A stretch of 64,000 bases of DNA from a virus. Lineage: Duplodnaviria; Heunggongvirae; Uroviricota; Caudoviricetes. Under the pieces are notes generated by a model. It had not been told where the DNA came from. It made no database searches and saw only the letters and a list, made by a program, of their open reading frames with translations. Made by a program: the position numbers and the translations under genes. Shown here in pieces: positions 61,988-64,000 of this stretch; the stretch's first letter is position 1; each line of letters begins with the position of its first letter. The stretch lies in the IMG/VR virus record IMGVR_UViG_3300021400_001110. One strand, written 5' to 3'.

Positions 61988-62318
61988 TATATAAGCCTTA
62001 TCAATATCCGTTTTACCTTTTATTTTTCAATAAAAGACTGACTATATCATCACTCATTATTGAGTGCCTCCCACTTCGGAATTTTTTCCTACTCCCTTCC
62101 GGGATAGTCGATGAACTTTCGTCCTTATAAAATTATACATACTAGTTTATATGTAATAATTTTATCTAGGATGCTTAGCTGCGGATTGTCCAATTTCTTT
62201 ACCTTTTTACTTTACCTCAAATAGTTACTTTGAGCCTTTAGATGTATTTCTACTCTAAATTAGTAGTAAAGAACTCTAAGGAGTTTCCCGCAATTCAAGA
62301 GGTTTAATGACTACAATA
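61988..62318 (-). other. 331-bp non-coding gap inside the late operon (small hairpins; candidate promoter or small RNA)
   Basis: No frame is open under either the standard or TAG-as-sense code; cccGGAAggg and cUUCGg-type hairpins on the transcribed strand. Confidence 0.3.
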
Positions 62319-64000
62319 TTATTTATAGTCAGAACCTTGAAGCCAGGTCTGCCAATGGCTTACATAAGCTAAGTTACTTCCTTCAGCTGTATATCCTACT
62401 TGTCTCATATTCATAAATGATTGTAAGGTTTGAGCAGGAATACGTGAAGCTGTATAATATTGAGATCTTAAGAATGAATAATATTTCTTTTTATTAAGTC
62501 TATCCTTTAAAGCAACAGTTCTATCATTAAGAATCTTAGCTATAGAACCATTATCCTTCTATTTTATAAATTTGATAGTATCAGTATCTGCATCATAAGA
62601 AAGGTCAGGTCTTTTAAATTCCTTTGCTTCCGGAATCTTACTAAATTGTTCAGAAATTGCTTCCAAGTATCTAGTAAGATGCATATCATAACCAAAATAA
62701 ATGTATTTTCCATTCTTATTCTTATGTCCAAAGCCTTCTAATATTCTTTGAACTCTAGTTAAATTGGAACGTTTTACTTGTTGGTTATTAACTGTAAGAG
62801 TTTCATATGAATCTGCCTCATATATCTCTTTAAACAACTCCTATATATAGGTATTAGCATCTTGATCAATAGCTTGTTCTGGAGTTAGAGTATGTCCATT
62901 TTCTAAAGTAATATCTCTTGGAGTAATAGTTCTTTTTAGTTCTGGGATATTAACATTAAGAACTGTATGTCTACGTCCATGGTCTTTTACTTCATGCTTT
63001 GTAACAAATTCTACATACTCTACAACTTCTCCGTTTATAAACTAGAATCTTCCATCCTTTTCAATCTTTTCATGAGTATTTTTATCATAATAGTACTTAC
63101 CTTCCTAACTAAAAGCAAGATCTGGTCTTCTTATATCTCTACCAATTTTAAATAAAATCTTCTATTCTTTATTGGTAGCATATACTTCATTTACTATCAG
63201 AGGATCATTAACAGCTTTTCTATGTCTATCTTTCCAATAAGTCAATTTATATTGAATATCAGGAAGATTACCATCTTCATCAGCTACAGTAGATTCAAAA
63301 TGTCTATCTAAAGACAAATAGGTATGATGACCGTTAGCTTTAGTCATTATCATATCATAGAAATCTGGGTCTACACTTTGATGTACTTGTCTTATATTTC
63401 CAGCTTTTTTAGGACCATCTTTTATAACATCTATAATGGATTGATCTACATCTACCCCAAATCTAGACTAATAAATATTAGACATTATAAGTTCAGCAGG
63501 AGTATTATGTAATTTAATTGGAATTCCATCATATGTACCACTATCAAGTTCATCAAGAAGTTGCTAAGTGTTAGCATATTCTTTTACTCCTTGAGCTTGT
63601 AGTCTAGATATATAATTAAGTATTCTAGCTTGTTTCTCCCCTTTCTGAGATTCAGCAAATTTTCTAAGCATATGAATACTATTAAATATGTTGTTAGTTC
63701 TATCAACCATAACTTCTTTAATAGTTCCATCTTCCTATACCATAGGAGTCTTAGCTTTATATTCCCACCAAATTTTAGTTGGAGCTAAGTTACGAGCTAT
63801 ATGTAAGTTCTTTCTAAATTCTAATACTTTTACTGTAACGGGTACTCCATTATTCTTTGCAGTAAGTCTATCCTACATAAACGCTCTAGGATCAGCTTTA
63901 AATAGGTAATAGTCAGATATTGAATCAAGAGATATATTTTCCCAATGTTGCTTATTATTTACTTCTACAAGTACTCCAACATTATCTGTAGGCATGAATT
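62319..64000 (-). CDS. late gene L4 (3' part; continues beyond the window), TAG read as a sense codon
   Basis: Single frame from the window edge to TAA 62319-21 (..FMNMRQVGYTAEGSNLAYVSHWQTWLQGSDYK*). In-frame TAG at 62559-61, 62841-43, 63162-64. Confidence 0.6.

Noticed and set aside
62241-62280. Possible suppressor tRNA: anticodon-loop-like cuCUAaa string on the + strand at 62251-62257
   Set aside because: The flanking sequence cannot form a 5-bp anticodon stem, nor acceptor or T arms. No GTTCRANYC T-loop was found anywhere in the intergenic gaps I scanned by eye.
52039-63353. The ~19 short minus-strand ORFs read as a field of pseudogenes or decayed genes
   Set aside because: They are strictly collinear in four frames. 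They are separated only by TAG, never by TAA, TGA or a frameshift. The real ends are TAA/TGA with ATGA overlaps. Decay would not spare two of the three stop codons.
52039-64000. Alternative recoding of TGA as Trp (code 4) in the late block
   Set aside because: TGA is never in-frame inside L1-L4. It serves as the terminal stop of L2 and L3, overlapping the next ATG. Only TAG is internal.
1-64000. CRISPR arrays, rRNA genes, long direct or inverted repeats, integrase or transposase genes
   Set aside because: No spacer-repeat periodicity, no rRNA-like segments, and no recombinase motifs were seen. The element looks like a lytic phage core rather than an integrated island.

Overview
This window looks like part of a large, AT-rich (~30% GC) tailed dsDNA phage genome in two convergent modules. 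Bases 1-51995 are about 95 tightly packed + strand genes, with many ATGA or TTGA stop/start overlaps and several TTG/GTG starts. Bases 52039-64000 are a - strand late block. The two modules are separated by a bidirectional hairpin terminator at about 51995-52041.

The + strand module is replication and nucleotide metabolism:
- Replication: SF2 helicase, DnaB-like helicase, Sak4-like ATPase, TOPRIM primase, Dda/RecD-like helicase, ATP-dependent DNA ligase, and a family-A DNA polymerase with 3'-5' exonuclease.
- Nucleotide metabolism: anaerobic class III ribonucleotide reductase NrdD with its activase NrdG, dUTPase, ThyX, dNMP kinase, a HAD nucleotidase and two metallophosphoesterases.
- RNA repair: a polynucleotide kinase/phosphatase plus an RNA ligase.
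- Transcription: a phage sigma-70-family factor.
- NAD+ metabolism: a complete Preiss-Handler salvage set (PncA, PncB, NadD, NadE) flanked by an ADP-ribosylglycohydrolase, a Nudix hydrolase and a YqeY-domain protein.
- nrdD is split by a ~1 kb group I-type intron that carries an HNH-AP2 homing endonuclease.

The most striking feature is the late block. With the standard code it breaks into about 19 short ORFs. In fact these are four long collinear genes: 1553 aa, 854 aa, 909 aa, and more than 560 aa (partial). Their fragments are separated only by in-frame TAG codons. The real stops are TAA or TGA, and neighbouring genes overlap at ATGA. This means TAG is read as a sense codon in the late genes, as in translation table 15 (TAG to Gln, known from crAss-like, Lak and other gut phages). 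I could not find a suppressor tRNA or release factor in this window by eye. No CRISPR array, rRNA or convincing tRNA was seen. A Bacteroidota host is only weakly suggested, by a TAnnTTTG promoter-like motif, the anaerobic RNR and the type of recoding.
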